Assembly (NCBI GenBank): GCA_051362555.1
Contig: CM120644.1
Span: 25,318,534-25,382,533 of the forward strand
Direction: 5' to 3'
Length of the DNA stretch: 64,000 bases
DNA from: Lingula anatina
Taxonomy: Eukaryota; Animalia; Brachiopoda
In this document: positions 11,301 through 25,500 of the stretch, piece after piece
Position numbering within the stretch: position 1 is the stretch's first letter
Layout: each line of letters begins with the position of its first letter
Notes under the pieces: model-generated
What the model was told of the DNA's origin: nothing
What the model saw: only the letters and a program-made list of their open reading frames with translations
Databases searched by the model: none
Made by a program: the position numbers and the translations under genes

Positions 11301-14300
11301 TATATGTCGTATGAAGACATTGAACTTGCATTTGAAAATTTTCATGTTTTGAGTTGTCGACTTGTCGCTCGTTTAAAATTGTGCCCAACTGTTGAATCAC
11401 TAAATCTACTGATCGTCTGATGTGATGACGGTGTTGTCACTAGTAATAGTATAAACGATAGTTGTACTAGATCTATGACATGGTTTAAACGTACATCAAC
11501 AGAATTAAATGCTGAATTAGAGATCAGTAACGTTCTCACTCAGTCACTGGTGTGTGTGTGTGTGTCACTGAGTGTGTGTGTGTGTGTGTTACTGTATTAT
11601 AGTGTATACTGTCAATCAAACTATTCCTACATGTATAGGCCTAGCCTACGTGTGCGTTAAGATTTTTCTTCGAAAAATCTTTCAGACTTTTTTATCAAAA
11701 CCAAATCTCATGCCTGGGTATGAGGACTGTGGTGACTTCCACTGTCCAGGTATGTTTATATTATCTGTGGGGGTTAGAGTGTGTACATGTTGTCAATGAC
11801 AATGGTTTAAGGACTGTGGTGACTTCCACTGTCCAGGTATGTTTATATTATCTGTGGGGGTTAGAGTGTGTACATGTTGTCAATGACTATGGTATGAGGA
11901 CTGTGGTGACTTCCACTGTCCATGTATGTTTATATTATCTGTGGGGGTTAGAGTGTGTACATGTTGTCAATGACAATGGTATGAGGACTGTGGTGACTTC
12001 CACTGTCCAGGTATGTTTATATTATCTGTGGGGGTTAGAGTGTGTACATGTTGTCAATGACAATGGTATGAGGACTGTGGTGACTTCCACTGTCCAGGTA
12101 TGTTTATATTATCTGTGGGGGTTAGAGTGTGTACATGTTGTCAATGACTATGGTATGAGGACTGTGGTGACTTCCACTGTCCAGGTATGTTTATATTATC
12201 TGTGGGGGTTAGAGTGTGTACATGTTGTCAATGACAATGGTATGAAGACTGTGGTGACTTCCACTGTCCAGGTATGTTTATATTATCTGTGGGGGTTAGA
12301 GTGTGTACATGTTGTCAATGACAATGGTTTAAGGACTGTGGTGACTTCCACTGTCCATGTATATTTATATTATCTGTGGGGGTTAGAGTGTGTACATGTT
12401 GTCAATGACAATGGTTTAAGGACTATGGTGACTTCCACTGTCCAGGTATGTTTATATTATCTGTGGGGGTTAGAGTGTGTACATGTTGTCAATGACAATG
12501 GTTTAAGGACTGTGGTGACTTCCACTGTCCAGGTATGTTTATATTATCTGTGGGGGTTAGAGTGTGTACATGTTGTCAATGACAATGGTTTAAGGACTAT
12601 GGTGACTTCCACTGTCCAGGTATGTTTACATTGAATTTGCATTCTTTGCCAAACACTTTCAAACCTACTGGACTTTTGGTACTTTTTTAAAGCAAGTATT
12701 TGCTAAAGGTGGAGGGGGGGGGGGGTGGAGTAAATAAGGCTGGAATATGGAACTGAGTAGGTATGGATGTAGCACTCTTTTCTTCTGTCCATTTATTTAT
12801 ATATCATATCATATCATTTCATATCATATCATATCATATCATATATACATTTTCTTTTTAAGGTCTTTCCATTAAGTGACCATCCTGATTTTGTAGACAG
12901 TGATGTTGGCACATATCTAGAGGAGATAACAGGGGATCAGAACAGTGTCTTGTGGACTGCTGTGAGGGAAGGCGACCAGACAGGTGCTGTCTATTTATAT
13001 AACTGTAAACTTTTAACACTTGGGTTGTCATTATGTGCAGACACAGATGTGCCTGTACATATAGCCGTCATCTGCGTCTGTCGTCGCCGTCGTTGCCGTC
13101 GTTGCCGTCGTCGCCGTGCACTTTTACCGATAACACGATAAGTGGAAAACTGTTTTTTCTTTTGGCTTGAAACTTACAGAAATGATAAATATATGCAGGT
13201 CAAGTTCGAAAATCAGCATGATCGGGTCACTTATAGGGAATTTATGCTGTTTTTTCACTTTTTTCAGCATATAGGCAGCACCGATAACACCATAAATGGA
13301 AAACCATTTAACCTTTTGGCTTGAAACTTACAGAACTGATGAATATTCATAATACGCAGGTCAAGTTTGAAAATCAGCATGATTGGGTCATTTTGAGTGA
13401 ATTTAGGCTATTTTTTCACTTTTTTTCAGCATTTTTGCAACACTGATAACACAATAAATGAAAAGCTGTTTTACCCTTTGGCTTGAAACTTACAGAACTG
13501 TTAAATATTCATAATACTCAGGTCAAGTTCGAAAATCAGCATGATCGGGTCACTTATAGGGAATTTATGCTGTTTTTTCACTTTTTTCAGCATATATACA
13601 GCACCGATAACACGATAAGTGGAAAACCGTTTAACCTTTTGGCTTGCAACCTAAGAACTGATGAATATTCATAATACGCAGGACAAATTTGAAAATCAGG
13701 GTGATTGGGTCATTTTTAGTGAATTTAGGCTATTTTTTTCTCTTTTTTCAGCATATATGCAGCACCGATAACACAATAAATGAAAAGCTGTTTTACCCTT
13801 TGGCTTGAAACTTACAGAACTGATGAATATTTATAATACGCAGGTCAAGTTTGAAAATCAGCATGATTGGGTCATTTTTATGTACAGGCACAGATGTGTC
13901 TGTACATATAGCCGTCATCTGCGTCTGTCGCCGTCGCCGTAGTTGCCGTCGCCGTGCACTTTTACCGATAACACGATAAGTGGAAAACTGTTTTTTCTTT
14001 TGGCTTGAAACTTACAGAACTGATGAATATTCATAATACGCAGGTCAAGTTCGAAAATCAGCATGATCGGGTCACTTATAGGGAATTTATGCTGTTTTTT
14101 CACTTTTTTCAGCATATATGCAGCACTGATAACACGATAAGTGGAAAACCGTTTAACCTTTTGGCTTGAAACTTACAGAACTGATAAATATTCATAATAC
14201 GCAGGTCAAGTTTGAAAATCAGCATGATTGGGTCATTTATAGTGAATTTAGGCTATTTTTTCACTTTTTTTCAGCATTTTTGCAATACCGATAACACAAT

Positions 14301-17300
14301 AAATGAGAAGCTGTTTTACCCTTTGGCCTGAAACTTACAGAACTGATAAATATTCATAATACACAGGTCGAGTTTGAAAATCAGCATGATTGGGCCACTT
14401 TTATGGAAGTTTTTTTCACTTTTTTTCAGCATATATGCAACACTGATAACACAATATAAGAAAAACAGATAGGCCAATTGTCATAATACTCATAGGAGTG
14501 GCCAATCTTACTAAAACGCAGGTTGAGTTGGAAAATCAGCATAATCGGTCCATTATTTTAGAAGTTATGCTGTTTTTTCACATTTCCTCACATTCAATTC
14601 TTAGGCATGTTAACAGTCTCATTATTGAACTAATAAGATATGTAAATGTGTTTGTTTCGCATTTCCTGCATCTTTACAACATTGTTAGTTGATTTTGTGA
14701 AAATGATAGTAATCTTGTTATTGTGTATTGTGTAATAAAGTGTCAAAAATGGAAATAAACACATATCATTGCAGTTTGTCAGATTCAATCATCCACTATG
14801 TTCAGAATCTCAGAATGGAGGAAATTGGACATATAACACTGTCTTATTGATATTTTCCCCATCCCATCAATTTCCTTAGTTGGTAATATAAAAATGGCAG
14901 TAAACTGTTTATTATGTTTTATGTTAAAAATTGTTAAAAATGGAAAAAAAACATTTCAGAACAGTGATGTCTTGTTTACATTTTGGCATTTTCAAGTTGT
15001 GACTTTGAAGTTCCATGGGCCTCAAGACCTTTGCTAGTCACATTTTCTGAATATCCATAATACTAATATTTTATTATTAAAAGTGATGGTCATTATGCTG
15101 TTAAACGTTATGTAATATTGCATCAAAATTTGAAAAAAAAAAAAACTATTTTTGGCACTGCTCCCATGATGACCATTTAAGAAAAACCATGTCACTTACT
15201 GTTCTCAAACTTACAGGAAAGAAACATGGTACTAAAATATAGCTTCAGTAGGCAATGCAGTCTGTTTGATAATTCTTACCGCCAGTTAAACAGTTTTTTT
15301 TTTTGTGAAAATATAATTTTTCACACATTGGCATTTTCAAGGTGTGACTTTGAAGTTCCACGGGCTTGAAGACCCAAGCAGTCACATTTTCTGAAAAGCC
15401 ATGATACGTATATTTTATTATTAAAAATTGACAGTCATTATGCCATTTATAACTATATATATAATTTTATAATTTTATAATTTTAACATTTATAATTATA
15501 ACCATTATGTAATATGGCATCAGAATAGAAGAAAATGCTGCTGCAATGATGACCATTATGGGAAAACCGTGTTACTTATGGTTGCCAAACTTTCAAAAAA
15601 AAAATACAGGGGCCGGTTTCACAAAGCAGTAGTTAGTTAGAACAACTAACTACTGAACTACCTCGCTAACGAGCAAACTTAGCGATTTTCGAGGGGTGTT
15701 TCACGAAGCAGTCGTTAACTCATCGCTAAGTTCAGTCGTAAAGTTCGGTCGTTAGTTCTCTCGTTACTCGCCGTAGTCTCGAAACCGTCTGCCGGAAGTG
15801 GAACTCTTGCGTAAAAGTGTCACGAAAGCACTAACTCTCCAATTTTTGGTGGGTGGAAATGCATAAGAACGTCTGCTTTGAGGTCGTCGTAAAGGATCTC
15901 CACCACCTTTTTGCCGCTCTTTTTGTCACAGCTAGGCGCAACCTCTCGTAAACTGCATCATCGTGTGTATATTCTAATAGATTCTGCCTTTCATGAAAAC
16001 GTCGTAGTCTACGTTGCCGTCTGGCGGTACGGATAGCAAGAAAAGTAGCCGCCATATTGGATACAAAGACAAACGACAGACAACGGTAACTAAGCAACCT
16101 TTTTATTTCACTCATTACGCATGCGTACGATGAAACTCTAGAGTTAGCGACTGGTCTGACCAGTCGTTAAATATCCAAGGCAACAACGAGACAATAACGA
16201 GCGAGAGAACTAGCGACTGCTTCGTGAAACGGCACTATAACTAGCGATAGGCTAACTACTGATCGCTAACTAACTACTGCTTTGTGAAACCGGCCCCAGG
16301 ACTAAAATGCAGCCTGAGTTGAAAAAGCAGTCTAATTGGCTTCTTTTTCTGGAAGTTATACATTTTCAAAGTGTGAACTTGTTACACATTTCACTTACAT
16401 TGGTATTACCTGTTGAGCATAATTAAAATTTGATGGTGAATTTGCAGTTTAACATAATGTACTTTTGCATCAGAATTGACAGTAGCCTATTTTGTGCATA
16501 GTTATTTCCTGTTTTTTGTCTGTACATTTGACAGCTTTGCTGCCTTGTTAGTGAATTTAGGCTATTTTTTTCACTTTTTTTCGGCATTTTTGCAACATCG
16601 ATAACACAGTAAATGAAAAGCTGTTTTATGGAAGTTAAGTTGTTTTTTCACTTTTTTTCAGCATATATGCAACACTGATAACACAATATAAGAAAAACAG
16701 ATAGGCCAATTTTCATTATACTCACAGGAGTGGCCAATCTTACTAAAACTCAGGTTGAGTTGGAAAATCAGCATAATCGGTCCATTATTTTAGAAGTTAT
16801 GCTGTTTTTTCACATTTCCTCACATTCAATTCTTAGGCATGTTAACAGTCTCATTATTGAACTAATAAGATACGTAAATGTGTTTGTTTGGCATTTCCTG
16901 CATCTTTACAACATTGTTAGTTGATTTTGTAAAAATGATGAATTAGATATATAAAAGTGTTGTTTTGACATTTTCTGGTTCTTAACAATATTGTTAGTTG
17001 ATTATATAAAAATGACGGTAAACCTGTTATCGTGCATTGTGTAATAAAGTATCATAAATGGAAAGGAACTCATCATTGCAGTTTGTCAGATCCAATCATT
17101 CACTGTGTTCAGAATCTGTGAATGGAACAAATTGGACATTTAAAATTGTTCTATTGATATTTTTCCTATGTCAACAATTTTTCTAGATCATTTAAAAATG
17201 ACAGTAAATTGATTATTTTGTTTTATGTAAAAAGGTGTTGAAAATGGAAAGAAAATCATTTCAGTACAGTTATCTCTTGTTTACATTTTGGTATTTTGAA

Positions 17301-19539
17301 TGTGTGACTCTGAACTTCCATGGTCTTGAAGACCTTCCCATATCACATTTTCTGAATATCCATGATGCTTTTATTTTTTTATAAAAAATTGATGGTCATT
17401 ATGCTGTTAAGTATTGTGTTATATTGCATGAAAGTTGAAGAAACACGTATTTTGGACACTGCTGCCAGGATAGCGATTAAGGGAAAACCATGTTACTTAT
17501 GATACTAAAATTTACTAAAAAGTTTCATAAGACTGAAGTGCAGCTTGTGTTGGAAAACCAGTGTGATTGTTTTCTGTTTTGGAAGCAATGCAGTTCTATA
17601 GAGTGAACTATGGTGGAATAAATGTATATGGCAGTATATTAATTCAGGGTCAGAAAGTAATTTGCTTAATTGATTTTCAAGTGGCCATTAAATGAGATTA
17701 CATATAACACACGTTCATAAAGTAATTTGCTTAATTAATTTTCAAGTGGCCATTAAATGAGATTACATAAAACACACGATGAGATCTCATTGTAAAGTCC
17801 CCTGGGTATATCTCTCTTAACTGTGTCACATAATTAGGAATCAGTGATTATTGTGCAGGTAAATGTTAGTCATGCTAGTAATTACACAGCTAGATTTAAA
17901 GTTTGAATGGCAGCTTTCATTGGAATTTTTTGTTATGTTTTATTTTACTTTTTTTTTAATTATTTATCAAACACTAGCATCTTCAAGATATCACTTTCAA
18001 CTCCCATCCACCAGAAGCACTGTGCATTTTCTGTTTTTCCACATAAGGAGTTGTGTTGGTTTTTATGTCTTTAAACATTGTGTAATTATATTATTTTATG
18101 CACTGTCATCTTTTTTCACATATTGGGATTTTCATTATGTGAATTTGAACTCTCACATATGGTCCTGAAACTGTAATCTTATTGACCATGTTATTCTGTT
18201 GTACAATTTGTGAAATTTTATCTTTCACATACTGGAATTTTCATTGTGGGACTTATAACTCCCAAGGACATGTAACATTTAACTTTATTGATACTACCTG
18301 TTGTGCAATATTTGCAACTTGACTGTTCTTTTTGGCAAATAATTAATTTTTTTTTTCTAAAAAGTTTTTTTTTTTTTGTTATAATCTTAAGAAATTATTA
18401 CAAAGTATAGCCATCTATGGAGGTCACATGGTCTGATGAAAAGTTCAGATATCAGAATAATAGTTATGACTGCCCTTTTTGTAGTAAAACAAAATATATT
18501 ATATTTCTGTGAGTTGTTTACACTGTTTAAACTCAAGTTGGATGATTCATATCATGGTTATGCAGCTAGACTGAATGGCAGCTTTAGTGGAATATTTTTG
18601 TAATTTTTTCTTTAATTTTTAATTTTTCAAACTGGTATTTTCAAGTTGTTTTCACTTTTCAGCATATATGCAACACTGTAAACACATTTCAAGGAAAACT
18701 GATAGGCCTGTTGTCATGAAACTCACTGGGGTGAACGATCTTACTAATTTGAGGTCAAGTTCGAAAAGCGGCATGATCAGGCCACTATTTTAGTAATTAT
18801 GCTTTTTTTCCCACTTTTCAGCATATATGCAACACTATAAACACAATATAAGGAAAACAAATAGGCTAATTGTCATTAAACTCAGAGGAGTGGTCAATGC
18901 TGCTAAAACACAGGTTGAGTTTGAAAAACAGCATAATCGTGCCATTATTTTAGAAGTTATTTTGTTTTTTCATATTTCCTCAGATTCAATTCTTAGTCAT
19001 GTTAACAGTTTCATTAGTTAACTAATAAGATACGTAAAAATGTTTGTTTGACATTTCCTGCATCTTTACAAATTGTTAGTTGATTTTGTAAAAATAATGG
19101 TAAACTTATTATCGTGTATTGTGTAATAAAGTTTCAAAAATGGAAATAAACTCATGTCATAGCAGTTTGTCAGATTCAATCATTCACTATGTTCAGAATC
19201 TCAGAATAGAAGCAATTGGACATTTAACACTTACAGGAAAGAAACATGCAATTAAAATACAGCCTCAGTAGGCAGTGCATTCTGTTTGGTTATTCTTACT
19301 GCCAGTTCAACAGTTTTTTTGTGAAAATTTAATTTTTCACAAGATATGCTTGAAGACCCGTGCTAGTCACATTTTCTGAAAATCCATGATACGTATATTT
19401 TATTTTTAAAAATTGACGGTCTTTATGCTGTTAACCATTATGTAATATTGCATCAGAATAGAAGAAAACACAATTTTGGGTGCTGCTGCCATGATGACCA
19501 TTATGGGAAAACCATGTTACTTATGATTGCCAAACTTTC

Positions 19540-19570
<31 letters not shown>

Positions 19571-22500
19571 GGACTAAAATGCAGCCTGAGTTGGAAAAGT
19601 AGTCTAATTGGCTTCTTTTTCTGGAAGTTGTTTTCAAAGTGTGAACTTGAACTCCCATGGGCCTGAAGCCTTATGCTTGTTACACATTTTACTTACATTG
19701 TTATTACCTGTTGAGCATAATTAAAATTTGATGTTGAATTTGCAGTTTTACATAATGTACTTTTGCATCAGAATTGACAGTAGCCTATTTTGTGCATAGT
19801 TATTTCCTGTTTTTTGTCTGTACATTTGACAGCTTTGCTGCCTTGTTTTTTATTGATTGTTTATTGCTTTTACCATTATTATGATTTATATTAAATTGTA
19901 TTTTTTAATTACATTTTCCTGTGCTTTTGACTTTTAGCTGTTCTACAGCTGGTTAAAGCTGTCAGTCATACAAAGATCTACATGTTATTAATTTTGGTCT
20001 CACCCTTCTCTGTGATATTTGCTTTTAGTTGTTCTACAGCTGGTTGAAGCCATCAGTTCCTTGCTGAATTCTGGGACAGAGAATTTACCTGACTCAAAAA
20101 GACGGGGACAGGTAAATAAATGTTGATAGATAAATTAATTAAAGTGAAAATAAATGATGATGAAAAAGAAGAGGGTTAGATAAATATAAGAAATGAATAG
20201 ACAAAAAAATCCAATTAAGGTGTTTATATATATAAATAATAATAATAAATTGTGAAAGACACATTACCAACAGATTATAATACCATGCCAGTAGAATTGT
20301 CTGACTGCATGGGCATTTCCAAGGGACTGGCAAATTTGGCTTTGTTATTTTGGCTGATTTTAAATTAGATGAAATTAAAATGATTGTATTTCTCTGATAA
20401 ATGTTTAAAATACCATCATATCAGAGTGTGTTTATTTAGCACTCACTAAAACATATGGCATCAGTAAATCTTTTCTTCCACAGATACGCAGTGATATGAT
20501 GGAGGCAGTGGGTAATTTAACTATTGACAGCCTATCTACTGCCCAGCAAGCAGCAGAGACGCTGGCCAAACTCACAGAACACACCACAGAGATTACTGCT
20601 CACTCACAGGTACTGAACACTGGATGTCTTTTGTATTGAAAATAAATATTTTTAATCCAGTATTTGTAACCGTGATACTTCAATTTTTGTGTTGTTAAGA
20701 GCGCGTCCATGAGAAAGCCAGACAGATCAGTCAGAAGGCGGCAAGGTGGGGGTCAGCAGATTTTAATAATTTATGGTGTGGTAAACCATCAACATAAAAG
20801 ATATTGTGAGCCACTGGCTTTCTTATTTTGGATCATTAGTTTTAGAGATATGGGGGCAGATCTTTTATTGGCAATTTTGCCAAAATATAGCATATTTTAG
20901 CTCTTGAAAAGTTATAATTTTAAATATTCTTTTAAAAAATCATGTACATCATAAGGAATTATTTAGGTAAGCCACATGATAGGTTAAGGAAAGACCTTTA
21001 ATACCCAGTACAGATTTTTTGAAAAGGCACTGTCATGACCACACAAGGTTGATTCTAATAAGGCATGTTTTCCGTATGCTTGACCCCCTCCCCTTCTTTA
21101 AATGCACACAACTTCTTTTTTGCAGGTTGTATCCATATAATTTTGGTATGTGCTGATAGAAAAGGGTTGAAAAATAAATTTTGTAAAATAAAACCTTTGT
21201 TAAACCTTGTAAAATAAGAACTATAACAATTTTAAAAAGGGCCTAAAAACGAAAATTTTTATACTACTTAAATGCTAAACTGTTTCTTCAACTGAATTAA
21301 TAGGTCAAAACCACAGGGGCGGATTTAGGCCGTCTTCTGGGTCTTCCGGAAGACGGTCAGATTTTCAAGTTTACATAGACGGGTATCTAATTTTTTCTGT
21401 CGGAAGACGGTCAAAAAATAGAGGATGGATCAACAAAATATAATATGGAAGACCGTCAGAAAATATCTCTGGATCCGCCCCTGAAACCATGTATAGGTTT
21501 GTGAAAAGCCCTTAAAATAAATATGTTTGCCCTGCAGACGAACTTATGAAGCGAAAATACATTTTTTAAAATTTGTTTATGTTGTAGAAACTAAATGTAA
21601 AATAACGATGCTAACTCTGTGACCTATATTCAACATGGCGGGTACTAGGATTATCACCGGAGCAACTGTAGACCAAAGCACATCGTCTTCACAGTGTTAA
21701 AACATAATACTTTCTTAAATTTATGAAGAACACACACTAGAGATGCTTAGGTACATCTCAGAATGATTGGTGTGCACCAGAATATAACAAGAAATGACCA
21801 TAGCAGCTGGTCGTCCTTAGAATGTGCATTTTTTGGTTGAACCACTTCAGACTGTTGTCAGGCTTGGGTTCCTCAATATATCCATCTCATCGATTTAGCT
21901 CTGGATGTTTGTTGTAAGGTAAGTGATCAGTGGTGGCGTACATATACTAGAATCAGATACACTAAAAAGTCAAACCAGTTTAAATAAGTAGAAAATATTT
22001 ATAAATAAATATTATTTATTTATAATAAATAAACTTAAATAATAAGTTTGAATATTATTCAGTAATATAAAGAATATAAGCAAATTTAAAAGACATACTG
22101 GTATATTTCAATTCACAGATTTTTACTTGATTTCTGTTTCATGGTAAACATGTATGTATGTAACACACATTCAGTTTCAAGGGAATGTTACTAGTGCCAG
22201 TTTTTTATATTTTAGTTTTATATTCACTATGCAGATTCATGTGTGTTTACAATGAAGTTGAAGTTCACCACCTGTGCTTCAATTTTCAAGACTTACATAT
22301 TACACAGGACACTTGTAACTAAAGGTACTTTAGTAAAATCAGGAAAACTTTGCGGTCCATTATGTTGTTCATGTTGCTTTGCAAGGGGGCGTGCCAGACA
22401 ATTAAGCTGATTACAACGACTGAGCCCGAGTGTGATACTCCGCTGAGATAGATTGATCCTGCTACGATAGTTTCTATTCTGAACACAGTAAGCCTCTGTT

Positions 22501-25500
22501 GTTGTAAAACATTTATTGATATTATGTTTATTTTTCAGATTTTACATCCTAGGCCTGGATGTGAACCTTGACCCGGACAATCTTACAGACAATAATAGAA
22601 AAGTCACCTGAAATTGCACAGGCAAATTCATCAGATTCAGATGTGTGCACCAACTTTGTAATGCCTGGAACACTTCCACGAAGAAGAAAAAAGGTTTACT
22701 TTTTTTTCATTTGTTTCTTTTTCTATCATGAAATTCTGGTAGCTACAATCATGCATATTTGATTTCCTTTTTAACACTTATGCAATATGTTTGATCAGAA
22801 TATTATTTAGTAATTGTTCTTATACAGCAATTAACATGAGTTTAAAATATGTTTAATACATTTTCTTTTGACAGCCTGTCCTGCCATCTTCAGGTAGACG
22901 CAGCAGTGGATATCCTGGCAAACCTTTATTGGACTTAGAGCCACCTTGGGACAATCCCCCATAACAAATATGCATCTTAGGCTAGGCAATCTCAATCAGT
23001 TTTGTAGGAAAGGAGGATTGGCGCCATTGAATTGACAAATATTGACAATTGACAGTTCAGTCACACTAAACTATAGTGGCATGTTGCTTCAAGTTACCAC
23101 ACTTATTCTAAGAGTGCTGAATTATCATTACTGTAGGAGACCCTGGATCTCTCAACCAGAAGAAGAAACTTGGGGATCAATCAGTTATAAGATTAAAATC
23201 TGTTGAACACTACCCATCACTGTTGTGTTCAGTATATGGAAAAGATGACCGTGATATTGGAACCTTGGAGATTCATAACTTGATTTCACTCCTGTAAAAA
23301 GTAACTGCTTTGTTCTTTTACTGTCCAATTGATGATATGAAAATAAAGTACTCCTCCTGTCAATGTATGTTGCTGACTCTGTTTTAATTTTCTTTATAGA
23401 AAAAGAATATAGATATCAAGATATCACATGTATTTACAAAGCCTATGAATCATTTGAAAGGAAAAAGAATGGTTGAAAAATGCAATATAAATCATTTCAA
23501 GTGGATTAATTAGTGTTGCACTTGAGAAAACTGATAAAATGAGACAGTCATTCCCTTTTACCTTTAGAAAAATCATTTGTAATTTTTTTTCTCTATTGCT
23601 CCCTGAAAATAAGGTATATACACAATGCTGATGACACTGGATATGCACAATAATAACTTATTAAATTGGGGGGGGGGGGGGGGGGGGATAACTTGTCACT
23701 AGTAATTTAAATTTATTCAGAAGTTGTATGGCTTTGTTTGAAAAGAATATTATTTGAGCAATCCTGTATTACAGATCTCAAAATAAAAAACCTGCAAAAA
23801 TGGGCCTCTTGATTATTTTGAGGAATTAGGGTAACTGTATTTTGGGACAGATTTGATGGCTGCCATTTTGTATTTATAAAAATTGGATAGATTTGCCCTT
23901 ATCAAAGCATAGTTTGAATTCCTGGCTGTGAGTCTTTGATTAAATTTGATTATTGGAAGGTATTATCTCAAAATGTACTGATATCTTGATTTCGGCCGTT
24001 TGGTTTTCTGCTAAAATTGCTAAAGTTTGAGGCACTTTTTCAATGTCTTCTGTTGTGTTTAACACACTTTTTGAATTTTGTATGATTAGACCAATATATG
24101 CTTAGGATCCCTATTAAATTTTATGGCTGTCAAGCCTGCAAAAAGAGAGATATGAATGTTTGAACATTGCTTGGTAGAAAAGTGAGTTTGGGGGGTGGGG
24201 TCATAAAAATGGGCGTGGCTCGTCAGTTTGTGGGTTAAACTGAAATTTAGTTACATATTCTCAATGGCAAATGGCTGGTTTAAATAGGTAAATTTTCAAT
24301 TAATTTTAAAAAGTCATCAGTTTTGAAATATTTGCTTATGAAGTGGCTTTATTGACTGAAGCTGAAAATCAAGCCAAAAATGGCCAAAACATATAATATC
24401 ATATTATAATTATATCCAATGATTTCTTTTGGGATTGTTGCCTTCAATCTTAATATTTCCTATATATGCAACAATATTATGAATTTGGTTGAAATCTGTT
24501 GACCCCCACCTTGCCACCCTCTGACTGGTCTTATCATGGACACACACTTAATTACATAAGAGGATCAAATCCCATTTGTAACTCACAGGTTCCAAATTTT
24601 ACTTAACCATTCTCATAATTTTTTTTCTTTTTTTCTGTTTTTATATGCAGACACTGCAAGTGGATCAATTTCATAGTGTTTACTGTAAATTTTTATAATG
24701 AAGTTAGGGGAGTGGGCCACGGGGTGTTATCTTTCTAGTCTCTGTATGTTTGCTGGTTTATCTAATTTTGTCAATTTTGCTTTAACATACAAAATGGCTA
24801 ACTGTTGAAATAGGTTTTCAAAGCCTGTTGTAGCGTGATGGTGAAAATGTTGTTTTTGAAAAGAATAAACACATTTTTAACCTTATAAGTTATGCCTCAT
24901 AGGTAAAATCATGTTCATTTTTTTTTTTTTTTTTTGAAACAACTGACATTTTCTCATCAGTTTTGAGCTGGCTCCATACATGTACTAATTAGATTAATCT
25001 TCAGACTTCAGGCATGGACACAGTGGAGAGGGTATCCCAGGTGTTGAGCAGTGGACAGACAAATGCCACTTTTACTGAAGTAGAGGACACTGTCACGTAA
25101 GCCAGGATAGAAACTCTTTGAATGAACTTACTTAGAATAATAACAATTGAAGAGACTTCAGTCATCCTGAGCACTAGCAAACATGCTTTAAAATCAGAAG
25201 GGAATCTAAAACTGCATTAAAAATAATGATAAGATAGTAGATAGTCTTCAGTCTTAAAATTTTTGTAAATGTGCCTGATCACCATTACAGTGGTGTATTT
25301 GTTTATTGTTATTATTATTATTGTTTTATTGATTCTCATGGTATATGACCCATCTTATTCTGAAAGTATATTTATATATCATTATATATAACAGTATCAA
25401 TTTACCTTGTCAGTTCTGTGCTTTAAATGTTAAAAGTCAAAATAATTAAGGCAAGCAAGAGGTTATTTCTGCAGTCCATTATCTATGGCTGCCTCAAAAA

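Larger units (their letters stand above)
7760..12632 (+). repeat. Donor-spanning tandem repeat, 87 bp x14, interrupted by two transposons
   Basis: ACTGTCCAG|GTATG at 7815 (true), 7902, 10760 and 11 copies 11749-12619. Confidence 0.93.
13031..19846 (+). mobile_element. Helentron/HINE (DINE-1)-like non-autonomous element with internal ~155-bp tandem units
   Basis: 5' short inverted motif (TGTGCAGACAC..GTGCCTGTACAT) then a (CGT/GCC)-type microsatellite; internal repeats GCTTGAAACTTACAG..GGTCAAGTTCGAAAATCAGC; 3' TGTCTGTACAT, hairpin GACAGCTTTGCTGCC and TTGTT. Confidence 0.7.

Noticed and set aside
11720-12634. 304-aa ORF
   Set aside because: Translation of the 87-bp donor array; separated from the real exon by a stop and two transposons.
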